Both the position numbers and the translations under genes were made by a program. From the human T2T-CHM13v2.0 reference genome, Homo sapiens, in assembly GCF_009914755.1 (NCBI RefSeq), contig NC_060934.1: a stretch of 64,000 bases of DNA; one strand, 5' to 3'. Under the pieces are notes generated by a model. The model had not been told where the DNA came from and did no database searches. It was given only the letters and a program-made list of their open reading frames with translations. Positions 1 through 17,862 of the stretch are shown here, piece after piece. Numbering within the stretch: position 1 is the stretch's first letter; every line of letters starts with the position of its first letter.

Positions 1-187
1 GGTAGTTTGCTGGAGAATTCCCTCTTGCTCAGGGATATTGGGTTTTTTGTTCTATTCAGGCCTTCAACTGATTGGATGAGACCCACTCACATTATGGAAG
101 GCAATCTGCTGTTCAAAGTCCATGGACTAATATGTTAATCTCATCCCAAAACACCCACCAAGTTGACACATAGAATTAAACATCACA
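1..187 (-). mobile_element. MLT2 (ERVL) LTR, partial, runs off window start
   Basis: ggccttcaactgattggatgagacccactcacattatgga...caagttgacacatagaattaaacatcaca matches the reverse complement of the MLT2 LTR start. Confidence 0.8.
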
Positions 188-499
188 GAAACTTTGAAGA
201 GTCTGCATTTAAAAGTCAGTTCTCCAGAAGGTGGAATTTAACAGGCAATTACATAGTTTTCTACCTTAATAATTAGCAGAGCCCACTTAATGGAACTGAA
301 GGAAGAGTACAGTATGTTAGATGATGCTATAACTGTTAAGGATAAACTGTAATTCCTAGATTCATAGCAGATAAAATTCTAACTATAAAAATCCAACCTC
401 TGAGCTTTGGTTTGAAAAACTACCACTCTAGGTATAGCAACTGTCACTGCAGGCTTATCTTTGTAATAATGATAATAATGATACATAGTGGTAGTAACA

Positions 500-730
500 A
501 TAGTTAACAGTTATTGGCTGCTTCTTGTAAGCCAGACATAGCTTCTGTTGTTTTCATGTGTTACTCTTGTTTAATTGTCTCAGCACTAGGAAGAAGGGAC
601 TATTACTACTCTTATATGCCTTCTATTCTATGTATGGAAACAGAGTCTCAGAGAGGTTAGAAAGTTAGCCACAGTAAGGCAGACAGTAAACAGCGGATCC
701 AGAATTCAAAGAAATACAGAATGTTTTCAG
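500..730 (-). mobile_element. MIR SINE (degenerate)
   Basis: MIR core-like gaaacagagtctcagagaggttag...ccagaattcaaa. Confidence 0.6.
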
Positions 731-1094
731 CACATGCTACACATAACGGAGATTTGGGGCACCAAAGTCCATTTGCCCTCAAATCTCTCACCATTACTTG
801 TCACAGTGTCTGAAGTTGTCACCATTAGAAGGATCAAATAATTGGAAAACCAAATCATCAACACTAATTGTGTGTCAGCACTCATGAAGTTTCTGGGGGG
901 TATAGAAAGAATGATGAACTGGACTCCTTACCTTGAAAGAACTAGCAGTCTTGTTGGAGAACCTTGAATAGACCCAAAAGGAAGAAATACTTGGGGCTGA
1001 ATTGCCTCCACACATTTGATATATTGTTTTCTTGTATTTAGGGGGTGGGAATTCTTACTTTTTGTTTGTTTTGTTCTTTAGCTTAACTTAGTTT

Positions 1095-2548
1095 TGTTTT
1101 TTGTTGTTAACTGTGGTAAGGATGCTTAATATGAGATCTTAACAGATTTTTAATTGTATAATATACTATTGTTAACTTAGATACAATATTGTACAGCAAA
1201 TGTCTAGAATTTATTCATCTTGCATAACTGATACATTATACCCATCACTGCCTCCCTAGTATCCTTTTCTTCCAGGACTTGACAATCACCATTCAACTCT
1301 CTGTTTCTATGGATTTGACTATTTTAGAGACCTCATATAACTAGAATTATACAATATTTGTCCTGTGACTAGCTTATTTCACTTAGCATAAGTCCTCAAG
1401 GTTCATCATGTTAAATATTACAGAATTTCCTTCTTTTAAAGGCTGAATAATATTCCATTTTATGTATTTATCACATTTTATTTATTCATTCATCCACTGG
1501 TGGACATTTAAGTTGTTTCTACATCTTGGCTGTAGTAAATAATGCTGCAATGTACATGGGTGTGCAGATGTCTTGTCAAGATCCTGATGTCAATTCTTAG
1601 TAAATTCCCAGAAATGGGATTGCTGGAGCATATGGTACTTCTGTTTTTAAGTTAAGTTTTTGAGGAATCTCCACACTGTTTTCCATAGCAGATGTACTGT
1701 TTTACATTTCCACTTATGTTGTGCAAGAGTTCCAATTCCTCCACATCCTTGCCAATATTCTTTGTCTTTTGTATTTTTGATAATAGCTATTCTAACAGGT
1801 ATGAAGTGATATCTCATTGTGGTTTAGATTTATATTTTTTGGATTGGTGAAATATCTTTTTAGATACCTGTTGTCCATTTGTATGTCTTCTTTGGAGAAA
1901 TGTCTATTTAAGTATTTACCCTATTTTAAAATCGGTTTATTAGTTTTTTTTTTTTTTTTGCTAATGAATTGCAAACATATAAGTTTCTCATATATTTTGG
2001 AAATTAACTCTTTATCATATACATCATTTACAAATATTTTCTCCTATTCCATAGGTTACATTTTCACTCTGTTGCTAATTGTCTTTCGGTATAGAAGTTT
2101 TTTCATTGGACAAAAGTCTTACTTGTCAATTTTTGCTTTTGTTGCCTGTGTTTTGGTGTCATATACATGAACTCATTTCTCAGACCAATGTCATGAAGCT
2201 TTCACTGTATGTTTTCTTCTAAGAATTTTACAGTTTCAGGTCTTAAGTCATTAATCTATTATGAGTCAACTTTTGTGTATAAGATAAAGGCCCAATTTCA
2301 TTCTTTTGCATGTGGATGTCCAGTTTTTCCAGCATCATATGTTAAAGAGGCTATCTTTTGTCTATTGTGCTTTCTTGATGAAGATCAGTTGACTATATAT
2401 GTGTGTATTTACTTCTGAGCTCTCTATTTTGTTCCATTGGTCCTTATGTCTGTCTTTATGCCAGTATCATACTGTTTTAATTATTGTAGCTTTGTAGTAT
2501 ATTTTGAAATCAGGACGTATGATGCTTTTAGTTTTGTTCTTCATTCTT
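1095..2548 (-). mobile_element. Old LINE-1 (L1MA9/L1MB-like), 3' part; host of the L1PA2 insertion
   Basis: L1MA-type 3' end (tgtggtaag...aatatgagatc...ctagaatttattcatcttgcataactga) followed by antisense ORF2 3' sequence; continues at 7162. Confidence 0.8.
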
Positions 2549-2561
2549 AAGATTTTCTTTG

Positions 2562-6890
<4,329 letters not shown>

Positions 6891-7161
6891 ACACTGAGAT
6901 CACATGGACACAGGAAGGGGAACATCACACTCTGGGGACTGTTGTGGGGTAGCGGGGAGGGATAGCACTGGGAGATATACCTAATGCTAGATGACAAGTT
7001 AGTGGGTGCAGCGCACCAGCATGGCATATGTATACATATGTAACTAACCTGCACAATGTGCACATGTACCCTAAAACTTAAAGTATAATAATAAAAGAAA
7101 AAAAACCTTAAAAAAAAAAAGAAATAATAATGGTAAAAAAAAAAAAAAAAGATTTTCTTTG

Positions 7162-10120
7162 CTGTTCCAAGTCCTTTGTAGTTATATATAAATTTCAGGT
7201 TTTTTTTTCTATTTCTGTAAAAAAAAAAAAAAGCAATAGGGATGCACTGAATCTGTAATTTGCTTTGGGCAGTAGGGACATTTTCACAATATTAATTCTT
7301 CCAGTCCACGAACATGGGTTGTCTTCCTATTTGTGTCTTCTTTATTTTCAGATTTTTTTGTTAGTGTATACTAATGCAATGTTGATTTTCTATCTTGCAA
7401 CTTTATGGACTTGTTTGTTAGTTCTAACAGGATTTTTATTTTTTTTTTGAAGTCTAGGGTTTTCTATATATACAATCAGGTCATTTGTAAACAGGAACAA
7501 TTTTACTTCTTCCTGTCTAATTTGATGCCTTTTACTTCCTTTTCTTGCCTAGTTGCTCTGGCTAGGACTTCCAGTATTACACTGAATGTAGTGAGAATGG
7601 GTATCTTTGTCTTATTCTTGCTCTTGGAGGAAAGGCTTTCAGGTTTTCACCATTAAGTGTGAGCTTTTCACATATGACCTTTATTATATTCAGTTCCTAG
7701 TTCGTTGAGAGTTTTTGTCATGAAAGTGTGTAGAAGTTTGTCAGTGCTTCTGCTGCATCTATTGAGATGATCATGTGGTTTTCACCCTTTATTTTGTTAA
7801 TGTAGTACATCACATTGATTGATTTTAGTATGTTAAAACATTCTTGTAACCGAGGGATAAATCCCATGTGGTCACAGTGAGTAATTCATTTAATGTGCTA
7901 TTGGATTTGATTTGCTAGTATTTTGCTGAGGACTTTCAAGTCTATATTCATCAGGGATATTGGCCTGCAGCTTTCTTTTCTTGTGGTGTCTTTGTCTGGC
8001 TATGGCATCATGATAATTCTGGCCTCATAAAGTGGGTTTAAAAGTGTTCCTTCCTCTTCAATTTTTTTGAAGAGGTTGAGAAGACTTTATGTTAATTCTT
8101 TACATGTTTAGTAGAATTCACTAGTGAAGACGTGTGGTCCTGGCCTTTCCTTTGTTGAGAAGTTAATTGATTACTGGTTCAATCTCCTTACTAGGTATAG
8201 CTATATTCAGACTTTTGACTTCTTTATAAGTTAATATTGGTAGGTTGCATGTTTTTAAAGATTTATCCATTTATTCTGTGTTATACAATTTGTTAGACTA
8301 TAATTGTTCCTAGTAGTCTCTTACAATTGCTTTTATTTCTGTGGCATCACTTGTAATGTTTCCTCTTTCGTTTATGATATTATTCGAGTCTTTCTTTTTT
8401 CTTAGTCTAGCTAAAATTTTATCAGTTTTTTCTTCTGAAAAAAAACAACTCTTAGTTTTGTTGATTTTTATCTATTCTCTATTTGTTTATTTTTGCTTTG
8501 ATCTTCATTGTTTTCTTTCTTCTGCTAACTTTGGGCTTAGTGTGTTCTCTTTCTAGTTTCTTGATATGTAAAGTTAGGTTGTTTATTTGAGATCTTTTAA
8601 ATTTAGCATTTATCACTAAATTTTACTCTTATTACTGTTTTTACTGCATTACATAAGTTTTGGTATGTTGTGGTTTTGTTTTCATTTGTCTCAAGATATT
8701 TTTTATTTTCTTCTGTAATCCATTGATTTTTCAAAAGTGTGTTGCTTAATTTCCACGTATTTGTAAATGTTCCAGTTTTCCTTCTGATATTGATTTCTAG
8801 TTTCATTCCATGGTGATTAAAAATATACTTGGTATGATTTCAGTCTTCTTAAATTTGATAAGGCTTGTTTTATAACTGAATATGTCTTCTACTCTGAAGA
8901 GTGTTTCATCTGTGCTTGAGAAGAATGTATATTTTGTTGTCGTTGAGTAGAATGTTTCTATGCATGTTTATTAGGTTCATTTGATCTATTGTATTTTTGT
9001 TCAATTCTGCTGTTTCTTAGTTGTCTTATCTGTTATTGAAAGTGGGATATAAAGGTATATTATGATTAATTTCTATATAATCCTTTTATTTCAGGTAATT
9101 CTTAATTGGGAAGAGTTTACTATTAGTAATTGTTTTCTGTTGGTCATATAGTTCTTTTGCCCCTATTTCTCTCTTCCTTTGTGTTTCATTGACATTTTTT
9201 GTTTTTGTATTGGTATGCTTTGATTTCTTTCTCTCTTTTGTATATAACTTTCGTAAGTATTTTCTTTGTGGTTCCCATAGGGCTTATATAAAGTATCTTA
9301 TAGCAGTCTATTTTGAGCTGATAACAACTTAACTTCAATTGTTTAACTTCAATTGTTACTACACTTTTACTCTCTATTCCTATGATATGTTATTAATGTC
9401 ACAATTTATATCTTCTTATGCTGTGTATCCATGAACATATTTTTTAAATTATAGTTATTTTTTAATACTTTTGTCTTAAACTCTTATAGTATAATGAAAA
9501 GTGATTTACCCACCACCATTACAATAAAACAATATTCTATATTTGTTTATATAGTTATCTTTACCAATGCATTTTATATTTCCTTATGCTATCATATTTC
9601 TTTTTGGCATCTTTTCATTTCAACTGGAAGAACCCCAGTTAGCATTACTTGTAAGGCAGGTAGTGGCAGTAAACTCCCTCAGCTCATGTTTGTCTGGGAA
9701 AGTATTTCTCTTTCATCTTTGAAGGACAGATTTGCTGGATATAGTATTCCTGAATCCTTTGAATTGATCATACCAGTCCCTTCTGGACTGCACGGCTTTT
9801 GCAGAAAAACATGCTCATAGTCTTATAGGGATATGCCCTTGCATGTGATGAGTCACTTTTCTCTTGATGTTTTCAAAATTCTGTCTTTGACTTTTGACAA
9901 TTCGATAAATATATGTCTTTGTGTGGAGTTCTTTGGGTTTATCCAATTTGGGATCCTTTGGGCTTCTGGATCTGGATGTTCCTTTCCTTCCCCAGATATG
10001 GGAATTTTTCAGCCATTATTTCTTTGAATAACTTTCTGGTTTTTCTCTTTCTCTTTTCTTTTTGGGACTTTTATAATCTGTATATTGGTTTACTTGATGG
10101 TGTCCCATAAGTTTCTCAAG
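7162..10120 (-). mobile_element. Continuation of old L1MA/L1M (ORF2 then ORF1 region, internally deleted)
   Basis: Antisense L1 resumes right after the TSD; minus-strand ORF 8603-8806 is ORF2-like (KLEINIRRK...TTYQNL). Confidence 0.8.
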
Positions 10121-11931
10121 GGTTACATTGGACTACATAGATCTTGCACAACTTCTGGTGTATGGAAGCGCTCTGTGTGTGCTTATCTACAAATTGGTTG
10201 ATTGGTAGTGATGAGTGCTGACTCTAGGAAGAAGTGAGTGCCAGCTCCAGTGTGCATACATGCATGTGGCTTAAGTTATACTAGATTTTATATAAAAGTC
10301 AGAAATAAAATCGCACACCTTGTGAATAAACCTAAAAAGTTTTTATTTTGACAGTCTGAATACATGGATTAGGCACTGTCAGTTTTCTGTGATGAGAGGG
10401 CATCCACTGAAGTAAATATTTAGTTAGAACCCTCTTCCCAGCCTCCTGTGAGTCGGAGGTAATTAGGTCTTGAGGCAAAAACCATATTTTACAATATTTC
10501 AAAAGTTTACTTTTGCTTTCATATATAGCTCTTTAAAAATATTATCCTGAAACTGAAATTTGAAAGCTGACCCTGCTAACTTTGGATTCCCAAATCTCTT
10601 TGAAGCCGCAGAACACTCTGAACACAAAGCATTTATTTTTGTTCCTGTGACAGAAAAATAAACATACATCCCTCCTGAAGGGAGACCCCAGCCTCAGAGC
10701 TTCAGAGTGGGGTCTCCCAAATAGAGAAGGCTGACGTGTCCAGGGTCTTACCTCCTTCAGGATTGCTCCAGGACTTCTTTTATCCTTGGTTAGCTTTTTC
10801 AAAAAACCACTGGAATCCCCTTAACACACATGTACATCTCCTTACAAATAGCACACATGAAAAATTCTCTGAATTGGACTTACGAATAGAGAACTGTGAT
10901 CTAGCAGGATATTAACCAGAAACACATTATTGTTCTTACTGCCAACAGATGAACTATAGACAAAGGAAATCATATAACTACAACACTGTGTTGTTTTTCC
11001 TCCTTATATGTTCAGCAACTGAGCAAAGATCCAGTCACATATTGATGTGCTAAATGGTGTTGAATGAATGAATGAATGCTATGAGTTCTACTCTCTTGCT
11101 CTCAGACTTGCAGGCGGAAAGGGAAGAGGGATCTATTGCTAGGGATTGCCCCCTCTATAGAACACACGTGCAGCAAATTCTCATGAAAAACAACACATTT
11201 CCAATACAGTTTGTTATAAAAGAAAGGAGAAAGGAAAACATGGCCAGAGAGGTGAGGTGAGGTTGGAGACTTTTACATAGTTTAAAATTAAGACAGTTCT
11301 GAAGGTAAACTGGGTACTTCCTAGGAGCTAAGTATCACTTTATTTCCCAGAGTGGACCTTGAAGATTGTCTGATTGCAACCAGAACCACCCAAGAGGCAG
11401 TGAAGGCCCTAGAACTGGAGCAAGCATGAAGAGAAAACCGAATTGATCAAAGCTGTGTCTGCACCTATGCTGTATAATAGACTTCTGTGGGTTAACTTCA
11501 ATGATTTGCAGTTCATTTTTTAAATCTATCTCTAGCTCATCTTCATGATTAAATTTACCCAAGCATCCTTTAAGCCAATGTACTTACAAAACAGAAAAGA
11601 ATATCATTTACTGGAAACAGAAAAGTAAAGATAGGAATGACAACAATGTCTTAAATAGCTTCATTCTATTACCTCTCAGCCTAGTGTACAAGGCTCTCAC
11701 AGGTCTGAGCATACTTATTCTTGCAAAGGACGTAGGCTACAGTGGTTATAATGTCAATTATTCCTCTAGAAGAGTGGGTGCTCATCTTTCCAATCATTGG
11801 TCCTAGATCATAACTCTGATAGGATGTATGCAACAGTGACTACAGAACCAACAATATTCCCTACCCTACCTTCGGTAGCTCCAGCCTCAAATTGTCCCAC
11901 TCGTCTAAGGTTGCCGCATCAGAAAAAGATG

Positions 11932-11985
11932 TGTAGGTGTGTTTTGTGTGTGTGTATGTGTCTGTGTGTCTGTGTGCGTGTATGC
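11932..11985. repeat. Imperfect (TG)n microsatellite
   Basis: gtgtaggtgtgttttgtgtgtgtgtatgtgtctgtgtgtc... Confidence 0.85.
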
Positions 11986-12054
11986 ATGGGTTTTATTTTC
12001 CACTAGCTTATTTCCTCTTAAGACCCAGACAGACAAGGGTGTCTGATCACTTTT

Positions 12055-13180
12055 CATTCATATGGATTGCTTGACAGTGGGGATATATTTTGAGAAATGC
12101 ATTGTTAGGTAATTTCATCATTGTGCAAACATCACAGAAACATCATAGAGTGTGCTATCAAACATCGTAGAGTGTGCTTACACAAAACAAATGGTATATC
12201 CTACTGCATACCTGGGCTATATTTTATTGCCTATTGTTCTTAGGCAATAAACCTGTGCAGCATGTTACTGTACTGAGTACTATAGGCAATTGCAATACAA
12301 TTGCAATAAGTATTTCTGTATCTAAATATATGTAAGCATAGAAAAGGTACAGTAAAAATACAGTATAAAGATAAAAGCTCATATACCTGTGTATTACACT
12401 TTCCACGAATGGAATTTGCAGGACTGGAAGTAGCTCTGGGTGAGTCAGTGAGTGGTGAGTGAAAGAGAAGGCCTAGGACATTACTGTATGCTACTACAGA
12501 CTTATAAACACTTTACAGTTAGGCTACAACAAATTTATAAAAATATTTTTCTTTCTTCAGTAATAAATTAAACTTACCTTACTGTAACATTTTTACTTTA
12601 TACACTTTTTACTTTTTTAACTCTGACTCTTTTGTAATTCTACAGGTTTGCAAAAATATTTTCTTTCTTTTTATTTTTATTCTATAATCTTTTTTCTATT
12701 CTTTTTTTTTTTACTTTTTAAACTCTTTTTTGTTAGAAACTAAAACCCAAACACATACATTAGCCTAAGTCTGCATGGGATCAAGATCATCAACATCACT
12801 GCCTTTCACCTGTGTCTTGTTCCACTGGAAAATCATCAGGCATTATAACATGCATGGAGCTGTCATTTCCTATGATAACAGTGCCTTCTTCTGGGATACC
12901 TCCTGAATGACCCACCTGAGGCTGTTTTACAGTTAACTTTCATTTTTTTTAAGTAGAAAAAATATACTCTAAAGCAACAATATACGTATAGTGTGGTAAA
13001 TACATAACCAGTAACACGGTTGCTTATTATCATTATCAGATATTATACATTATACATAATTGTATGTGCTATATTTTTATACTACTGGCAGCACAGTAGT
13101 ATACACCAGCATCACAGGAGTGATGTGTTTCACTATGATCTTATGATGGCTATGACATCACTGAGTGAAAAGAATTTTTT
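12055..13180 (+). mobile_element. Tigger3b (TcMar-Tigger), main part
   Basis: gagaaatgcattgttagg...aaacatcatagagtg...gctctgggtgagtcagtgagtggtgagtgaa matches Tigger3b. Confidence 0.85.
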
Positions 13181-14545
13181 GCCACTACAATGCAGTGGTG
13201 AAGTCATTCCTTTCAATAACTGAGGTAGGTCAATTGGATATCCCTATAGGAAAAAAAACACGGACATCCTATACCTCATACCATATGTTAAAATTGTTTC
13301 CATATTATTGTTCACTTAAATATGAAGGGAAAACCATAGCATTTCTAGAAGAAAACATGGGAAAAAATTCTATGGCATGGGAAAAGATAATTCATTCTAT
13401 TCATTAAATAGAATACAAAGCATCAACCATAAAACACATTTTTACTAAAATCATGATTTTTTCTAAAATAATTTTTTTTAAATATGAAAAGATAAACTAC
13501 TCTCTGGAGAAAAGATATTTTCATTACAGAAATAGACAAGTAATTTAGATCCATAATTTATAAAGAACTCCTACAAGTCAGTAAGAAAAAGTAAGACAGC
13601 CCAATATAAAATAAGCCAGGGATTTGTGCAAGTGCTTCATAGAAATAGGGGAATAAATAGACAATATGCATATGAAAATATGGTAATTATTATCAATCAT
13701 TAGGGAATGCAAATGAAAATCACAATGATATACCACTATGCACCCACCAGAATGGCTAAAATGAGAACTGACATATCAAGTATTAGTATGAATGTAGAGG
13801 AACTGGAATTCTTGCGCATTGCTGAAGGGGGAGTAAATTTATACAGCTACTTTGAAAAATTGCTTGGCAGTTTCCTCCAAAACTATATATATGCCTACAC
13901 TATAATTCAGTATTTTTACTCCCTGGTGTATACACAAAAGAAATGACTTACTGTGTCCACTAATAAAAGTTACAAGAATGATCATGGAATCTTTATTAAT
14001 AATATACAAACTTCAAACAATTTAAATATTCAATAGTGGATAGGCAATTTCTGGTATATTAAAACCATGAAATTCCACACCACAATAAGAAGTAATGAAC
14101 TATTGATATATGCAACAACACAAACGAATCTCAAAACACTTGGTTGAACAAAAGAAGCCAGAATCAAAAGAATAAATATAATACAATTTTATTTATATAA
14201 AATTTAAGAAAAGTCAAAACTATTCTACGGCAACAGAAGCTTAATAATGATTGACTTTGGGGCACACTGCCTGAAAGAGGGCACCATAAATCTTGTTAGG
14301 GTGCTATCTTGATCTGAGTGTTAATAGACGCTTCTATTTATACTAAGGGCAAAAACGGGCAAAGCTGATCTATGGTGATTTGAGTCAGAAAAGTGCTTAC
14401 TCTTGGGGGATACTGACTGGGAATGGACATGAGAGAGCCTTCAAGGGTTCCGGAAAGGGGGATGACATGAGTATATATGTATAAAAGATCAGAGGTATGC
14501 AGTTGGGTTTTGTGCACTTTATTGTATGTAAGTTTTACCTCAATA
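13181..14545 (+). mobile_element. Ancient L1 (L1ME-like) 3' segment nested in Tigger3b
   Basis: Degenerate ORF2 C-term (MQMKITMIYHYAPTRMAK) and L1ME-type end ttttgtgcactttattgtatgtaagttttacctcaata. Confidence 0.7.
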
Positions 14546-14581
14546 GAAGTAACACAGAATCAAAATTTTGACATTAAAAAA

Positions 14582-14668
14582 AGAGAATATTTTAGGTCCA
14601 TTATAATCTTATGGAACCACTATTTTATATGAGCTCCATTGTTGACTGAAGTGTTATTATGTGACTAT
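14582..14668 (+). mobile_element. Tigger3b terminal fragment
   Basis: tccattataatcttatggaaccac...gttgactgaagtgttattatgtgact continues the Tigger3 consensus from where 13180 stops. Confidence 0.75.
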
Positions 14669-15757
14669 CACAGTCCAAATAGACTGAAAAAAACTAAATA
14701 GAAGTATGTCTTAGAATTCTCCTTCCTTCATTTTTTCTTTCCTTTGTATCTCATTTGTAGAGAAAAATTTGCATGTACAGTCTCAAATACACCATCTTTA
14801 AATCCTAACTCCCCAGGTTTGATAATAAAAAAAACTCGAATACATACACAATATAAGAAAAAATAAAATGTTTGGCCAGTTTGTTAAAGCCAGATGGTAG
14901 GAAATAGAGAATGAAATCAGGTTTAGGAGTTGAGTATGGTTGGAATATAATAGCTTTTGCAAGTATTCATGAGTAGAATCACTTACATTAGGGATATATA
15001 TAACTATGAAGTGTGGGCCAAGTCCAGAGTATAAGTTTTTTATGCAACTCTAAGAAGAACAGGCGATAAATGGATTTCAACTAAGCCAAATGAAAAGAAT
15101 AACCAAAAGGCAGATTTGGGGCAGAAGGAGGTCAGGAAAATTTTCCTGGAATCAATGAAGGTGAGTAGGGACACATAAGATAGAAAAAGAGGGTAAAGCA
15201 GTTTCCTGCTTCCTGTTTTGTTTATGTATGTCCTGCTGGGTGCAGGCAGATAAGTGTTGGCAGGTGTGTGATAAAATCGCAGAGGAAGGCTTACTGGTAA
15301 ATAAGCCTTCTTTTTGGCTCCTGAAAGCTGACAATTTATTTGTCCCAGTTTTTTTCCATTGTAATCATAAAATTGGCTGAAATTCCATCTATTTAAAAAC
15401 TCCAAAGTTTTGGTAGGAAATTAAATATTTGGATTAGGTATTCTAAGGTTGACATTTAAAATATTTTTCCTAAAATTAGAGGCTTCAATAACATTGAGGT
15501 GGACAAATTTGATTTATCTTTTCAATGGTATTTATACTGGGCTTATTTTGCTAAGTGCTTGGCTGCTGTATTACATCATTACCATTGCCAGATTACCATT
15601 TATTTATTTATGGTTCAGAAATTGAGAACAGCTCTCTCTTATCACATACTAAGTGAGTAAAAATGGCAAATGCTGTAATGAGGTGATTTCACATGATTCA
15701 AAAAGATCCAGTAAAGGAGTCATGTTTCATTGTATTGACAGAAGAAGGTATTCTTGA

Positions 15758-16081
<324 letters not shown>

Positions 16082-17078
16082 GGCCATGCTTCTTAATCAC
16101 TTAAGGCAAGCCTTGCCCTCATGGGACTGGCACCAGCAACTTCTCAGCAAGTAATTTTTGTATTTGTATTATTTTAGTGGTTCTACTTAATTTATAAAAA
16201 TATTAAACTTCAACTATACAAAATTGGATTACTTGCAATTCTGAGTTTGCAGAAAGCTATCATATATCCATGTATGTTTCTCTTTCTATGCATTTTCTTT
16301 TCTTTTACTAATCATCCCTGGTCTCAAATTTTACCCATGCTTGTGCCATTTAACTTACATACATATTGTCATGTTAAACATTTATTCTGCTTATTACTTT
16401 CTTTTTACATTCAGTATTATTACCCCATCACTTGTATATACCATATTTTGATTTCTATTTACTATTGGGAAACCCCAGGTAGTTTTGAACTCTTCCTTTT
16501 ACAAAGAGTGCTGTGGTAAATATTTTCATTCATGTGTCCTTGTGTATACGTATTTTTTCTATAAAATATTATCAGCCACAGGATGTGTACATACTGTCTT
16601 TTGCCAAATATTTTCAGACTGGTCCTCAAAATAAGCAGACAGTCTTCCTCCAACATTTAAAAAAGATCCAGTAAAGGAGTTGTGTTCCATTATATTGACA
16701 GAAGAAAGTATTCTTGAAACAGGAATCTTGTAAGTTATCTCAAACTGCCAACCCTGTCCACAAAATACAGAAATGTAGTAGTCTTCATTTAAAGAAAGCT
16801 TCTAGAAAAAGAAAACATAATGTTAGAATCAACATATTTTAGCAGATAAAAATTACCTCTCTAAATGAAAACATGCAGCAGAAGAAGACTGAAAAAAAAA
16901 TTGACAAGCATTACAGGAAATTAAAAAATACATAGACTTAAAACTAAAATTGGCCAAAAAAGGAAAAAAGAGACAAATTAAGTAAGAGTGGATTGAAAAA
17001 TTCAGGGAAGAAATAGAGGAAAAAGAAAAAATATCTTAGAAACAAAGGTTAAATTATAAGGTGCCTTCCTCTTAAATA

Positions 17079-17278
17079 AACTCAAATGGAAAATTAAGAC
17101 AAACAATTGAAGAAAAGCAGAGTGAATGAACACAAGATAAATGCAGAGTGAATGAACAGCAAAGTGAATGAACTCAAATGGAAAATTAATACAAACAATT
17201 GAAGAAAAGCAGAGTAAATGAACACAAGATAAAAGCAGAGTGAATGAACAGCAAAGTGAATGAACACAAGATAAATGG
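17079..17278 (+). repeat. 92-bp tandem duplication built from gcagagtgaatgaac sub-repeats
   Basis: Units start at 17079 and 17171, near-identical. Confidence 0.9.
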
Positions 17279-17624
17279 ATGAGTTATAAGGGTCAGAGAG
17301 AGTGAGTGCAATGGAAATTAGGCAAAGAAGGTCTAATGCACATGTTGCATAATTTGCTTGCCTAAAAAGAAAAACAATGAAGATAACTAAAATTTGAAAC
17401 AATGATTCAAGAAAAATTCCTGAAAAACAGAATAAATCCACATATGAAACGGTTCACTCTCTGAAAATTCATTCAGAACAATGAACTCTGATACATATCT
17501 TGGTAAATCTATCAGACTTTAAACAGAAAGAAAAAGTCCTTAGGTTCTCAGGGCAAAAAAAATCAAGTTAACTTACAAGAATAAGAGTTACACTGGAATT
17601 TGATTTCTCAAAAATAACATACAG

Positions 17625-17778
17625 TTTGATATGTATTTACAAAGTTAAACATAAATAGCTGGGTGTGGTGGCTCATGGTTGTAATCCCAGCACTTTGAGA
17701 GGCTGAGGCAGCAGGCAGATCTCTTGAGCCCGGGAGTTTGAGACTAGGTCAGGCAACACGGTGAAACTCTCTTAAAAA

Positions 17779-17862
<84 letters not shown>

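Noticed and set aside
17094-17441. 115-aa hydrophobic minus-strand ORF
   Set aside because: Antisense reading of purine-rich L1-like DNA and the 92-bp duplication.
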